Source: Strigamia acuminata (Eukaryota). From it: a stretch of 64,000 nucleotides of DNA. Position 1 is the first letter of the stretch. Every line of letters begins with the position of its first letter. Made by a program: the position numbers and the translations under genes. This document shows, one piece after another, positions 1 through 11,635 of the stretch. The stretch covers positions 31,000,001 through 31,064,000 of the forward strand of contig OX442314.1 of the NCBI GenBank assembly GCA_949358305.1, read 5' to 3'. The notes beneath the pieces were generated by a model that ran no database searches, was not told where the DNA came from, and saw nothing but the letters and a program-made list of their open reading frames with translations.

Positions 1-2
1 CT

Positions 3-677
3 AAAAAGACTGTCGATGAGGATAATGTCAAAAACGAGGCTTCGACGACGACCGAGACGAACGATTTTCCACAAAACGACTCGACAAACGCCAATAAAAC
101 GAACGAACCCGAAACGACAACAATTCCTACACCGGACGAAACCACGACCAAAATGTCGACAGATTTCGACGTCCTCCTCAAGCCAACAACATCAATCGAG
201 CTGAAGAAAGTGACGACACAAATCAAGACAACTCTTCGTCCGAAACTCAGTTTAAAACCGCACGAATTACGCAACGAAACGATCGGAAACGACGTCACAT
301 CTCAGTCCCGTCTTCGAACAATAAGCAGCGAGACACCCAGATCAACATCGCCCAACAAATCCACTCACAACACGGACGAAAATGCCCCATTGAGTCGCCC
401 ATTGGTCTACGTGTCCTCGACATCTTTCCGACACAATCGCACGACTTCAAAACCAAACGAAACGACACCAGACGTGGCAAACACCAACACCAAACCCCCA
501 CGCACCAAACCCACTCTATTCCCATCCTCCAGAACCAGAATTGACATCACAACCAAACCACTAACAACCAGACATCGTTCAACTAACATTGCAACACAAA
601 CAACAAAACATCGTTCAACTGACATCACTACAAAACCACTAACGACCAGACATCGTTCAACCACAAAAGGGACGACG

Positions 678-708
<31 letters not shown>

Positions 709-2084
709 CCAGTACAACAACAAAAAAGACGACAACAACACCCATAGCATCAACAACTCCAATTTCGTCTCAACCGGTCGAAGACTTTGACGAGATCGAA
801 GCGTCATTCGTTGACGGCATATTTGGTTTGCGGCTCCCGACAGACTTCGACACAGACGGCGAAATAGACACAAAAACTACACCAAAACCAATCAAAACTG
901 CAAAAACATTGGCAACCAAACAACCGAGCAAGCAAAGCAGATTCCCGACTACTACCGTCGGGTTATCCGAGGCTACGAAACCGAAAAACCAAAAGACGAA
1001 ACCGTTTGCCGAGCACGAGCGCGACAACACGCGAGACAACACGATCGGGCGACTGCAGCACAGCGAATCGGTTTTGATTCTCAGCACGACGCCGTACCCT
1101 CGAATCCGTCCGAATTGGCACCGACGGAACCAAACCCGACCCACCACCGTGATAACCAACACGCAAATATCGGCCCTGGACGAAATGGTCATGAAATACC
1201 TAACGTCGACCACCCGCGCGTCCAAACTGACCGACGATTTTGACGCTTTCATTCTGACCGATCCGTTCGACACGAACAAAATCAAAACGAGCACCGCGGA
1301 GCCCAAAATGGACCCTGAGATCATCCCCGGTTACTTCACCGACGTTACCACGAAAGCGGAAAGCGTCACGCGACCCTCCAAAGTGACCACCATTTTGACC
1401 AGCGGTCAGTTTCCGGTCATAGAAAAAGTGAACAACTTTAAATCGTCGCAAGCCGTTGGCGGGAATAACCTCGGGTTTCACCTACCGCCCAGTTTTTGGC
1501 CCACTCGTTACGCACTGACCACAACGCCGACGTTGCAAGCGCCGAAACGACAACGGTTGTTGTTTTCGTCCAAACGGAGACTCTCCGGTCAACATCGGCA
1601 GTCGCGGCGGTCCACGTACGATTACGGGTCGGTCACGTCGCCGTCGCCGAGTTTGATCGAGGACGACGTCACGGACACGTTGGTCAAGTTCGGGGTCCGT
1701 CTCGCGCGCTCGAAACGCGAGGAGAAGTCGCCGGCGGTCGTCAATCCGTTCCCGGAACACGTTGCGACGTACCAGCATCCGTTTTTCGGCCAAGTCGGCG
1801 TGTTGTTCAACAAGACGTCGGGCACGTTGCAGATGGAGTACGGGTTTTACGGGAAGGCGCATTTGTTGCCGTACGTGCAGAGCAATACGTTTCTGCTGCG
1901 ATTTTTCAGCGCCGTTTGGTACGTGTCGGAAAGCGACGACAGCAGACGGCTACCGAGGAGTGTTTTCATGGTCCATTTCAAGGGGGGTTCGTCGGACGGG
2001 CGACCGGAACGATTTATTGTGCCTTTCTTCGATCCCCGATTGCCGCCTACGTTCGTTAGGGTTAGGTCTTCGGATAGGAAATAA
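3..2084 (+). CDS. Thr/Ser/Pro-rich mucin-like ORF with C-terminal peptidase-S12/DUF3471-like domain, copy 1 (5' end outside window)
   Basis: The frame is open from the window edge and has a poly-Thr tract. The C-terminal ~115 aa (TYQHPFFGQVGV..LQMEYG..FDPRLPPTFVR) resembles the C-terminal domain of beta-lactamase-family (S12) proteins. It looks identical to copy 2 at an offset of 4692 bp. Confidence 0.7.
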
Positions 2085-2322
2085 ATAGAAGTTGGAAAGA
2101 TATGGGGAGTGTTTGAGTATAATTATAGCGTTTTCTTGCTTTCTTTTTCACTACATTTTAATTGTTTTATTACTGTTACGATGGGAAAAAAGGAGCTTAA
2201 TAATTGCCAAAAAACATTTTTTTTTTTACTCATTAATTTGAAATGTAAATAAAATAAAATAATTCTCCGATTTTTTCTTTTTTTGATGTGGAATTACGAT
2301 CAAGCAGTCCTGCAGTTTGGGT

Positions 2323-2760
2323 TTAATTAAAATGTGGTTGGTCGACTCTGTTTTGGAGTGTGAGTTCAGTTTGACTGACGATGGTTGCAATAAACAAACC
2401 CTGTCCGCCGGTAATGAACCGTAGTGGAAACTGAAATAATCCTCCGAGTTTATTATATTTTAATGTGGGAAACTCGAATAATATTTCTTTGCAAACCTGA
2501 GTTTCTTTCTGCACACGTTTGAAAGCGATAATTATACAATAATACAATAGCTTCCAATGAAGCAAATCTCATTTCATGGCAATGCAGTTTCTGGGTCCAG
2601 CTCCGAATGGGATGAGATACGTAAAAGGATTTACTGCGATTTGCTTTGTTTTCGGGAGAAAAACAAACCTGTTTTGAAGCAAAATAAACACAAGAAAACA
2701 GATTAAATTAAAGACTCTCTTATTTTACGAATCAATATACCTTTCAGGATCAAATGTTTG
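2323..2760 (-). pseudogene. Degenerate 3' fragment (last ~2.5 exons) of a CYP3A-like gene
   Basis: Homologous to 11636-12058 ([12 protein letters not shown] region, [13 protein letters not shown]) but carries many 3-5 nt insertions. Confidence 0.9.
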
Positions 2761-2792
2761 TAGATTAATTAGATTAGATTAAATTAAACCCG

Positions 2793-3280
2793 AATCCATT
2801 TTCATCCACAAAAATGCATTTTTACAGAAAAAAAAATCCATTTTTACAGAAAAAAAAATCCATTTTTACAGAAAAAAAAATCCATTTTTACAGAAAAAAA
2901 AATCCATTTTTACAGAAAAAAAAATCCATTTTCATCCACAAAAATGCATTTTGAGACAAAAAAAAGCATTGACACAAAAAATGCATTTTCGGACAAAAGA
3001 AAGCATTTTGTTTTGAGACAAAAAAAAATGCATTTTGAGACAAAAAAAAAATCTATTTTCGTACACAAAAATGTATTTTGAGACAAAAAAAAGCATTTTG
3101 ACACAAAAAATGCATTTTTATAGAAAAAAAAATCCATTTTCATCCACAAAAATGCATTTTGAGACAAAAAAAAGCATTTTGACACAAAAAAAGCATTTTG
3201 ACACAAAAAATGCATTTTGACACAAAAAATGCATTTTCGGACAAAAGAAAGCATTTTGTTTTGAGACAAAAAAAATGCAC
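2793..3280. repeat. AT-rich compound minisatellite (22-bp CATTTTTACAGAAAAAAAAATC and ~20-bp GCATTTTGACACAAAAAAT units)
   Basis: Tandem units visible directly; unit number differs from the second copy. Confidence 0.9.
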
Positions 3281-4643
3281 GTATCACAGTGAAAAAAAAA
3301 CGTCAAAAACAAATTTAAAAAAATGCAGTTTTACCTTCTACAATGTCCTAGTGGCCCGGGTGAAGTTGGGGGCCAAAACCTAGAAAAATAGGAAGAAATA
3401 AAACACAAAAAATCGATTTCTTTGCAGAAATGGCAAAAAAATCAACAGAGAACGAGCAAATACTCATCTAAAATCTAAAATCCATCCTCGGGGTCCTTTG
3501 GGCAGTCGAAAGTAGCTGGAATATAAAATAAAAATTAAATTACACACCGCAAATCGCTTGAAAAACCTCAACAAAAATTAAGCCTACTCACTGCATACGC
3601 ACGCGGTCGGGGCCGTTCCACGGGTGTTTGGCCGGTCGGAAATAGCTGAAATATAAAATATAAACTAAATTAAACACCACAAATCGATTAAAAAACCTCA
3701 TCATCATCATCATCAAAATCAAACAACACACCTACCGGTAGTGGAACATGGCTGCCGAGTGTCATCACGCTCAACAACAATCACAACCATCACAAAAATC
3801 ACAATAAAATGGCTGCCTCGCTCGAGCTCTTCACCCGACCGATTTACTTTGTCGAATGGCACCATCCTGTCCGTGCACGAAGACTTTATGTAGACTAGAC
3901 TATATATAGTAACCACCCAGATACACATAGACCTATACTTATATATAAATAATATAATGTTTTGTACCTATCTAGAAATAAGTAGGCCTAAATTTAACAT
4001 GCAATTGCATGTTAATCTGGGCACAAGTAGCGAAAATGACGCTCTTGACATCGCTCCAAAACCCGAGTTAGATCACAGATCACAGATCAGCTCTTAAAAC
4101 TCTTGAATTTACTCGCTAGAGTGCGTCCATTAAGAATTAAATTCAATTTAAAAATTAAAAATTCGATTAAAAATTAAAATTAAAATTAAAAATTGAAATT
4201 ACCGGTATTTCATTATTTACAATTGAAATTATCTAGAAATTATCTAGATTACACGCAGTCGGAGTCGGACAGCATCTATACATCTATATTCTATCCGTGT
4301 TGTTTTAAACCTAACCGATGCGATCGACGTGTTGCCTAAAATCTACAAATCCAGCCGCTCCGAACTAACTCACCGATGAGCAGCGATTGATTAATTTATT
4401 GTATCAACCAAATTTCACTTTTCATTTTTCATTTTTCCCTTTTTTTCATTTCTAATTTCTCATTTTTAACTTCTAACTTTTATTAGTTCTACCAAACGAA
4501 TACGGCGTCACCCAGCGCAAAGTAGCTTTGCTTCCAGGCACCAAAAACATTATTAAAGACGATTTTAGACTCTTGACAAATTTATCCTCTTTTATTATGA
4601 AACCTACTTACGTTAGTTAATTCTGCTTTCTCTTTTAAATATA

Positions 4644-5369
4644 ATGGCGCAAAAGAAAGCGGTTAGACCGACGATCAACGGCGTCAAGACGACTAAAAAG
4701 ACTGTCGATGAGGATAATGTCAAAAACGAGGCTTCGACGACGACCGAGACGAACGATTTTCCACAAAACGACTCGACAAACGCCAATAAAACGAACGAAC
4801 CCGAAACGACAACAATTCCTACACCGGACGAAACCACGACCAAAATGTCGACAGATTTCGACGTCCTCCTCAAGCCAACAACATCAATCGAGCTGAAGAA
4901 AGTGACGACACAAATCAAGACAACTCTTCGTCCGAAACTCAGTTTAAAACCGCACGAATTACGCAACGAAACGATCGGAAACGACGTCACATCTCAGTCC
5001 CGTCTTCGAACAATAAGCAGCGAGACACCCAGATCAACATCGCCCAACAAATCCACTCACAACACGGACGAAAATGCCCCATTGAGTCGCCCATTGGTCT
5101 ACGTGTCCTCGACATCTTTCCGACACAATCGCACGACTTCAAAACCAAACGAAACGACACCAGACGTGGCAAACACCAACACCAAACCCCCACGCACCAA
5201 ACCCACTCTATTCCCATCCTCCAGAACCAGAATTGACATCACAACCAAACCACTAACAACCAGACATCGTTCAACTAACATTGCAACACAAACAACAAAA
5301 CATCGTTCAACTGACATCACTACAAAACCACTAACGACCAGACATCGTTCAACCACAAAAGGGACGACG

Positions 5370-5400
<31 letters not shown>

Positions 5401-6776
5401 CCAGTACAACAACAAAAAAGACGACAACAACACCCATAGCATCAACAACTCCAATTTCGTCTCAACCGGTCGAAGACTTTGACGAGATCGAAGCGTCATT
5501 CGTTGACGGCATATTTGGTTTGCGGCTCCCGACAGACTTCGACACAGACGGCGAAATAGACACAAAAACTACACCAAAACCAATCAAAACTGCAAAAACA
5601 TTGGCAACCAAACAACCGAGCAAGCAAAGCAGATTCCCGACTACTACCGTCGGGTTATCCGAGGCTACGAAACCGAAAAACCAAAAGACGAAACCGTTTG
5701 CCGAGCACGAGCGCGACAACACGCGAGACAACACGATCGGGCGACTGCAGCACAGCGAATCGGTTTTGATTCTCAGCACGACGCCGTACCCTCGAATCCG
5801 TCCGAATTGGCACCGACGGAACCAAACCCGACCCACCACCGTGATAACCAACACGCAAATATCGGCCCTGGACGAAATGGTCATGAAATACCTAACGTCG
5901 ACCACCCGCGCGTCCAAACTGACCGACGATTTTGACGCTTTCATTCTGACCGATCCGTTCGACACGAACAAAATCAAAACGAGCACCGCGGAGCCCAAAA
6001 TGGACCCTGAGATCATCCCCGGTTACTTCACCGACGTTACCACGAAAGCGGAAAGCGTCACGCGACCCTCCAAAGTGACCACCATTTTGACCAGCGGTCA
6101 GTTTCCGGTCATAGAAAAAGTGAACAACTTTAAATCGTCGCAAGCCGTTGGCGGGAATAACCTCGGGTTTCACCTACCGCCCAGTTTTTGGCCCACTCGT
6201 TACGCACTGACCACAACGCCGACGTTGCAAGCGCCGAAACGACAACGGTTGTTGTTTTCGTCCAAACGGAGACTCTCCGGTCAACATCGGCAGTCGCGGC
6301 GGTCCACGTACGATTACGGGTCGGTCACGTCGCCGTCGCCGAGTTTGATCGAGGACGACGTCACGGACACGTTGGTCAAGTTCGGGGTCCGTCTCGCGCG
6401 CTCGAAACGCGAGGAGAAGTCGCCGGCGGTCGTCAATCCGTTCCCGGAACACGTTGCGACGTACCAGCATCCGTTTTTCGGCCAAGTCGGCGTGTTGTTC
6501 AACAAGACGTCGGGCACGTTGCAGATGGAGTACGGGTTTTACGGGAAGGCGCATTTGTTGCCGTACGTGCAGAGCAATACGTTTCTGCTGCGATTTTTCA
6601 GCGCCGTTTGGTACGTGTCGGAAAGCGACGACAGCAGACGGCTACCGAGGAGTGTTTTCATGGTCCATTTCAAGGGGGGTTCGTCGGACGGGCGACCGGA
6701 ACGATTTATTGTGCCTTTCTTCGATCCCCGATTGCCGCCTACGTTCGTTAGGGTTAGGTCTTCGGATAGGAAATAA
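4644..6776 (+). CDS. Mucin-like/DUF3471-like ORF, copy 2 (710 aa)
   Basis: Intronless ORF whose ATG directly follows a CYP-derived fragment. No signal peptide, so probably an orphaned terminal exon of a larger gene. Confidence 0.65.
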
Positions 6777-7014
6777 ATAGAAGTTGGAAAGATATGGGGA
6801 GTGTTTGAGTATAATTATAGCGTTTTCTTGCTTTCTTTTTCACTACATTTTAATTGTTTTATTACTGTTACGATGGGAAAAAAGGAGCTTAATAATTGCC
6901 AAAAAACATTTTTTTTTTTACTCATTAATTTGAAATGTAAATAAAATAAAATAATTCTCCGATTTTTTCTTTTTTTGATGTGGAATTACGATCAAGCAGT
7001 CCTGCAGTTTGGGT

Positions 7015-7452
7015 TTAATTAAAATGTGGTTGGTCGACTCTGTTTTGGAGTGTGAGTTCAGTTTGACTGACGATGGTTGCAATAAACAAACCCTGTCCGC
7101 CGGTAATGAACCGTAGTGGAAACTGAAATAATCCTCCGAGTTTATTATATTTTAATGTGGGAAACTCGAATAATATTTCTTTGCAAACCTGAGTTTCTTT
7201 CTGCACACGTTTGAAAGCGATAATTATACAATAATACAATAGCTTCCAATGAAGCAAATCTCATTTCATGGCAATGCAGTTTCTGGGTCCAGCTCCGAAT
7301 GGGATGAGATACGTAAAAGGATTTACTGCGATTTGCTTTGTTTTCGGGAGAAAAACAAACCTGTTTTGAAGCAAAATAAACACAAGAAAACAGATTAAAT
7401 TAAAGACTCTCTTATTTTACGAATCAATATACCTTTCAGGATCAAATGTTTG
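7015..7452 (-). pseudogene. Degenerate 3' CYP fragment, second copy
   Basis: Same sequence as 2323-2760. Confidence 0.9.
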
Positions 7453-7484
7453 TAGATTAATTAGATTAGATTAAATTAAACCCG

Positions 7485-7935
7485 AATCCATTTTCATCCA
7501 CAAAAATGCATTTTTACAGAAAAAAAAATCCATTTTTACAGAAAAAAAAATCCATTTTTACAGAAAAAAAAATCCATTTTTACAGAAAAAAAAATCCATT
7601 TTTACAGAAAAAAAAATCCATTTTTACAGAAAAAAAAATCCATTTTTACAGAAAAAAAAATCCATTTTCATCCACAAAAATGCATTTTGAGACAAAAAAA
7701 AGCATTGACACAAAAAATGCATTTTCGGACAAAAGAAAGCATTTTGTTTTGAGACAAAAAAAAATGCATTTTGAGACAAAAAAAAAATCTATTTTCGTAC
7801 ACAAAAATGCATTTTGAGACAAAAAAAAGCATTTTGACACAAAAAAAGCATTTTGACACAAAAAATGCATTTTGACACAAAAAATGCATTTTCGGACAAA
7901 AGAAAGCATTTTGTTTTGAGACAAAAAAAATGCAC
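7485..7935. repeat. Same minisatellite in the second tandem unit
   Basis: More 22-bp units and fewer mixed units than at 2793-3280. Confidence 0.9.
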
Positions 7936-9284
7936 GTATCACAGTGAAAAAAAAACGTCAAAAACAAATTTAAAAAAATGCAGTTTTACCTTCTACAATG
8001 TCCTAGTGGCCCGGGTGAAGTTGGGGGCCAAAACCTAGAAAAATAGGAAGAAATAAAACACAAAAAATCGATTTCTTTGCAGAAATGGCAAAAAAATCAA
8101 CAGAGAACGAGCAAATACTCATCTAAAATCTAAAATCCATCCTCGGGGTCCTTTGGGCAGTCGAAAGTAGCTGGAATATAAAATAAAAATTAAATTACAC
8201 ACCGCAAATCGCTTGAAAAACCTCAACAAAAATTAAGCCTACTCACTGCATACGCACGCGGTCGGGGCCGTTCCACGGGTGTTTGGCCGGTCGGAAATAG
8301 CTGAAATATAAAATATAAACTAAATTAAACACCACAAATCGATTAAAAAACCTCATCATCATCATCATCAAAATCAAACAACACACCTACCGGTAGTGGA
8401 ACATGGCTGCCGAGTGTCATCACGCTCAACAACAATCACAACCATCACAAAAATCACAATAAAATGGCTGCCTCGCTCGAGCTCTTCACCCGACCGATTT
8501 ACTTTGTCGAATGGCACCATCCTGTCCGTGCACGAAGACTTTATGTAGACTAGACTATATATAGTAACCACCCAGATACACATAGACCTATACTTATATA
8601 TAAATAATATAATGTTTTGTACCTATCTAGAAATAAGTAGGCCTAAATTTAACATGCAATTGCATGTTAATCTGGGCACAAGTAGCGAAAATGACGCTCT
8701 TGACATCGCTCCAAAACCCGAGTTAGTTCACAGATCACAGATCAGCTCTTAAAACTCTTGAGTGCGTCCATTAAGAATTAAATTCAATTTAAAAATTAAA
8801 AATTCGATTAAAAATTAAAATTAAAATTAAAAATTGAAATTACCGGTATTTCATTATTTACAATTGAAATTATCTAGAAATTATCTAGATTACACGCAGT
8901 CGGAGTCGGACAGCATCTATACATCTATATTCTATCCGTGTTGTTTTAAACCTAACCGATGCGATCGACGTGTTGCCTAAAATCTACAAATCCAGCCGCT
9001 CCGAACTAACTCACCGATGAGCAGCGATTGATTAATTTATTGTATCAACCAAATTTCACTTTTCATTTTTCATTTTTCCCTTTTTTTCATTTCTAATTTC
9101 TCATTTTTAACTTCTAACTTTTATTAGTTCTACCAAACGAATACGGCGTCACCCAGCGCAAAGTAGCTTTGCTTCCAGGCACCAAAAACATTATTAAAGA
9201 CGATTTTAGACTCTTGACAAATTTATCCTCTTTTATTATGAAACCTACTTACGTTAGTTAATTCTGCTTTCTCTTTTAAATATA

Positions 9285-10010
9285 ATGGCGCAAAAGAAAG
9301 CGGTTAGACCGACGATCAACGGCGTCAAGACGACTAAAAAGACTGTCGATGAGGATAATGTCAAAAACGAGGCTTCGACGACGACCGAGACGAACGATTT
9401 TCCACAAAACGACTCGACAAACGCCAATAAAACGAACGAACCCGAAACGACAACAATTCCTACACCGGACGAAACCACGACCAAAATGTCGACAGATTTC
9501 GACGTCCTCCTCAAGCCAACAACATCAATCGAGCTGAAGAAAGTGACGACACAAATCAAGACAACTCTTCGTCCGAAACTCAGTTTAAAACCGCACGAAT
9601 TACGCAACGAAACGATCGGAAACGACGTCACATCTCAGTCCCGTCTTCGAACAATAAGCAGCGAGACACCCAGATCAACATCGCCCAACAAATCCACTCA
9701 CAACACGGACGAAAATGCCCCATTGAGTCGCCCATTGGTCTACGTGTCCTCGACATCTTTCCGACACAATCGCACGACTTCAAAATCAAACGAAACGACA
9801 CCAGACATGGCAAACACCAACACCAAACCCCCACGCACCAAACCCACTCTATTCCCATCCTCCAGAACCAGAATTGACATCACAACCAAACCACTAACAA
9901 CCAGACATCGTTCAACTAACATTGCAACACAAACAACAAAACATCGTTCAACTGACATCACTACAAAACCACTAACGACCAGACATCGTTCAACCACAAA
10001 AGGGACGACG

Positions 10011-10041
<31 letters not shown>

Positions 10042-11411
10042 CCAGTACAACAACAAAAAAGACGACAACAACACCCATAGCATCAACAACTCCAATTTCG
10101 TCTCAACCGGTCGAAGACTTTGACGAGATCGAAGCGTCATTCGTTGACGGCATATTTGGTTTGCGGCTCCCGACAGACTTCGACACAGACGGCGAAATAG
10201 ACACAAAAACTACACCAAAACCAATCAAAACTGCAAAAACATTGGCAACCAAACAACCGAGCAAGCAAAGCAGATTCCCGACTACTACCGTCGGGTTATC
10301 CGAGGCTACGAAACCGAAAAACCAAAAGACGAAACCGTTTGCCGAGCACGAGCGCGACAACACGCGAGACAACACGATCGGGCGACTGCAGCACAGCGAA
10401 TCGGTTTTGATTCTCAGCACGACGCCGTACCCTCGAATCCGTCCGAATTGGCACCGACGGAACCAAACTCGACCCACCACCGTGATAACCAACACGCAAA
10501 TATCGGCCCTGGACGAAATGGTCATGAAATACCTAACGTCGACCACCCGCGCGTCCAAACTGACCGACGATTTTGACGCTTTCATTCTGACCGATCCGTT
10601 CGACACGAACAAAATCAAAACGAGCACCGCGGAGCCCAAAATGGACCCTGAGATCATCCCCGGTTACTTCACCGACGTTACCACGAAAGCGGAAAGCGTC
10701 ACGCGACCCTCCAAAGTGACCACCATTTTGACCAGCGGTCAGTTTCCGGTCATAGAAAAAGTGAACAACTTCAAATCGTCGCAAGCCGTTGGCGGGAATA
10801 ACCTCGGGTTCCACCTACCGCCCAGTTTTTGGCCCACTCGGTACGCGCTGACCACAACGCCGACGTTGCAAGCGCCGAAACGACAACGGTTGTTGTTTTC
10901 GTCCAAGAGGAGACTCTCCGGTCAACATCGGCAGTCGCGGCGGTCCACGTACGATTACGGGTCGGTCACTTCGCCGAGTTTGATCGAGGACGACGTCACG
11001 GACACGTTGGTCAAGTTCGGGGTCCGTCTCGCGCGGTCGAAACGCGAGGAGAAGTCGCCGGCGGTTGTCAATCCGTTCCCGGAACACGTTGCGACGTACC
11101 AGCATCCGTTTTTCGGCCACGTCGGCGTGTTGTTCAATAAGACGTCGGGGACGTTGCAGATGGAGTACGGGTTTTACGGGAAGGCGCATCTGTTGCCGTA
11201 CGTGCAGAGCAATACGTTTTTGCTGCGATTTTTCAGCGCCGTTTGGTACGTGTCGGAAAGCGACGACAGCAGACGGCTACCGAGGAGTGTTTTCATGGTC
11301 CATTTCAAGGGGGGTTCGTCGGACGGGCGACCGGAACGATTTATTGTGCCTTTCTTCGATCCCCGATTGCCGCCTACGTTCGTTAGGGTTAGGTCTTCGG
11401 ATAGGAAATAG
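9285..11411 (+). CDS. Mucin-like/DUF3471-like ORF, copy 3 (708 aa)
   Basis: 5' part matches copies 1/2 and 3' part matches copy 4. Convergent with CYP A1, with stop codons ~225 bp apart. Confidence 0.65.
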
Positions 11412-11635
11412 AAGTTGGAGTGTTTGAGTATAATTATAGCGTTTTCTTGCTTTCTTTTTCACTACATTTTAATTGTTTTATTACTGTTACGATGGGAAAA
11501 AAGGAGCTTAATAATTGCCAAAAAACATTTTTTTTTTTACTCATTAATTTGAAATGTAAATAAAATAAAATAATTCTCTGATGTTTTTCTTTTTTTTGAT
11601 GTAGAATTACGATCAAGCAGTCCCGCACTTTGGGT

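Noticed and set aside
295..2088. Overlapping antisense and alternate-frame ORFs (poly-Val etc.) on each mucin copy
   Set aside because: Shadows of a low-complexity, CpG-rich ORF; the synonymous bias supports only the main plus frame.
2793..3280. CRISPR-like repeat array (also considered 37110-37215 and 52135-52296)
   Set aside because: Units are contiguous with no unique spacers, no cas genes are present and the context is eukaryotic.
3342..3383. Helitron 3' end (GGCCC..GGGCC stem then CTAG) explaining the 4.7-kb tandem unit
   Set aside because: The stem is short, CTAG is not followed by T, no matching 5' TC boundary is evident and there is no Rep/helicase. It cannot be supported.
2910..3383. 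Lys/Phe-rich ORFs
   Set aside because: Translations of the minisatellite.
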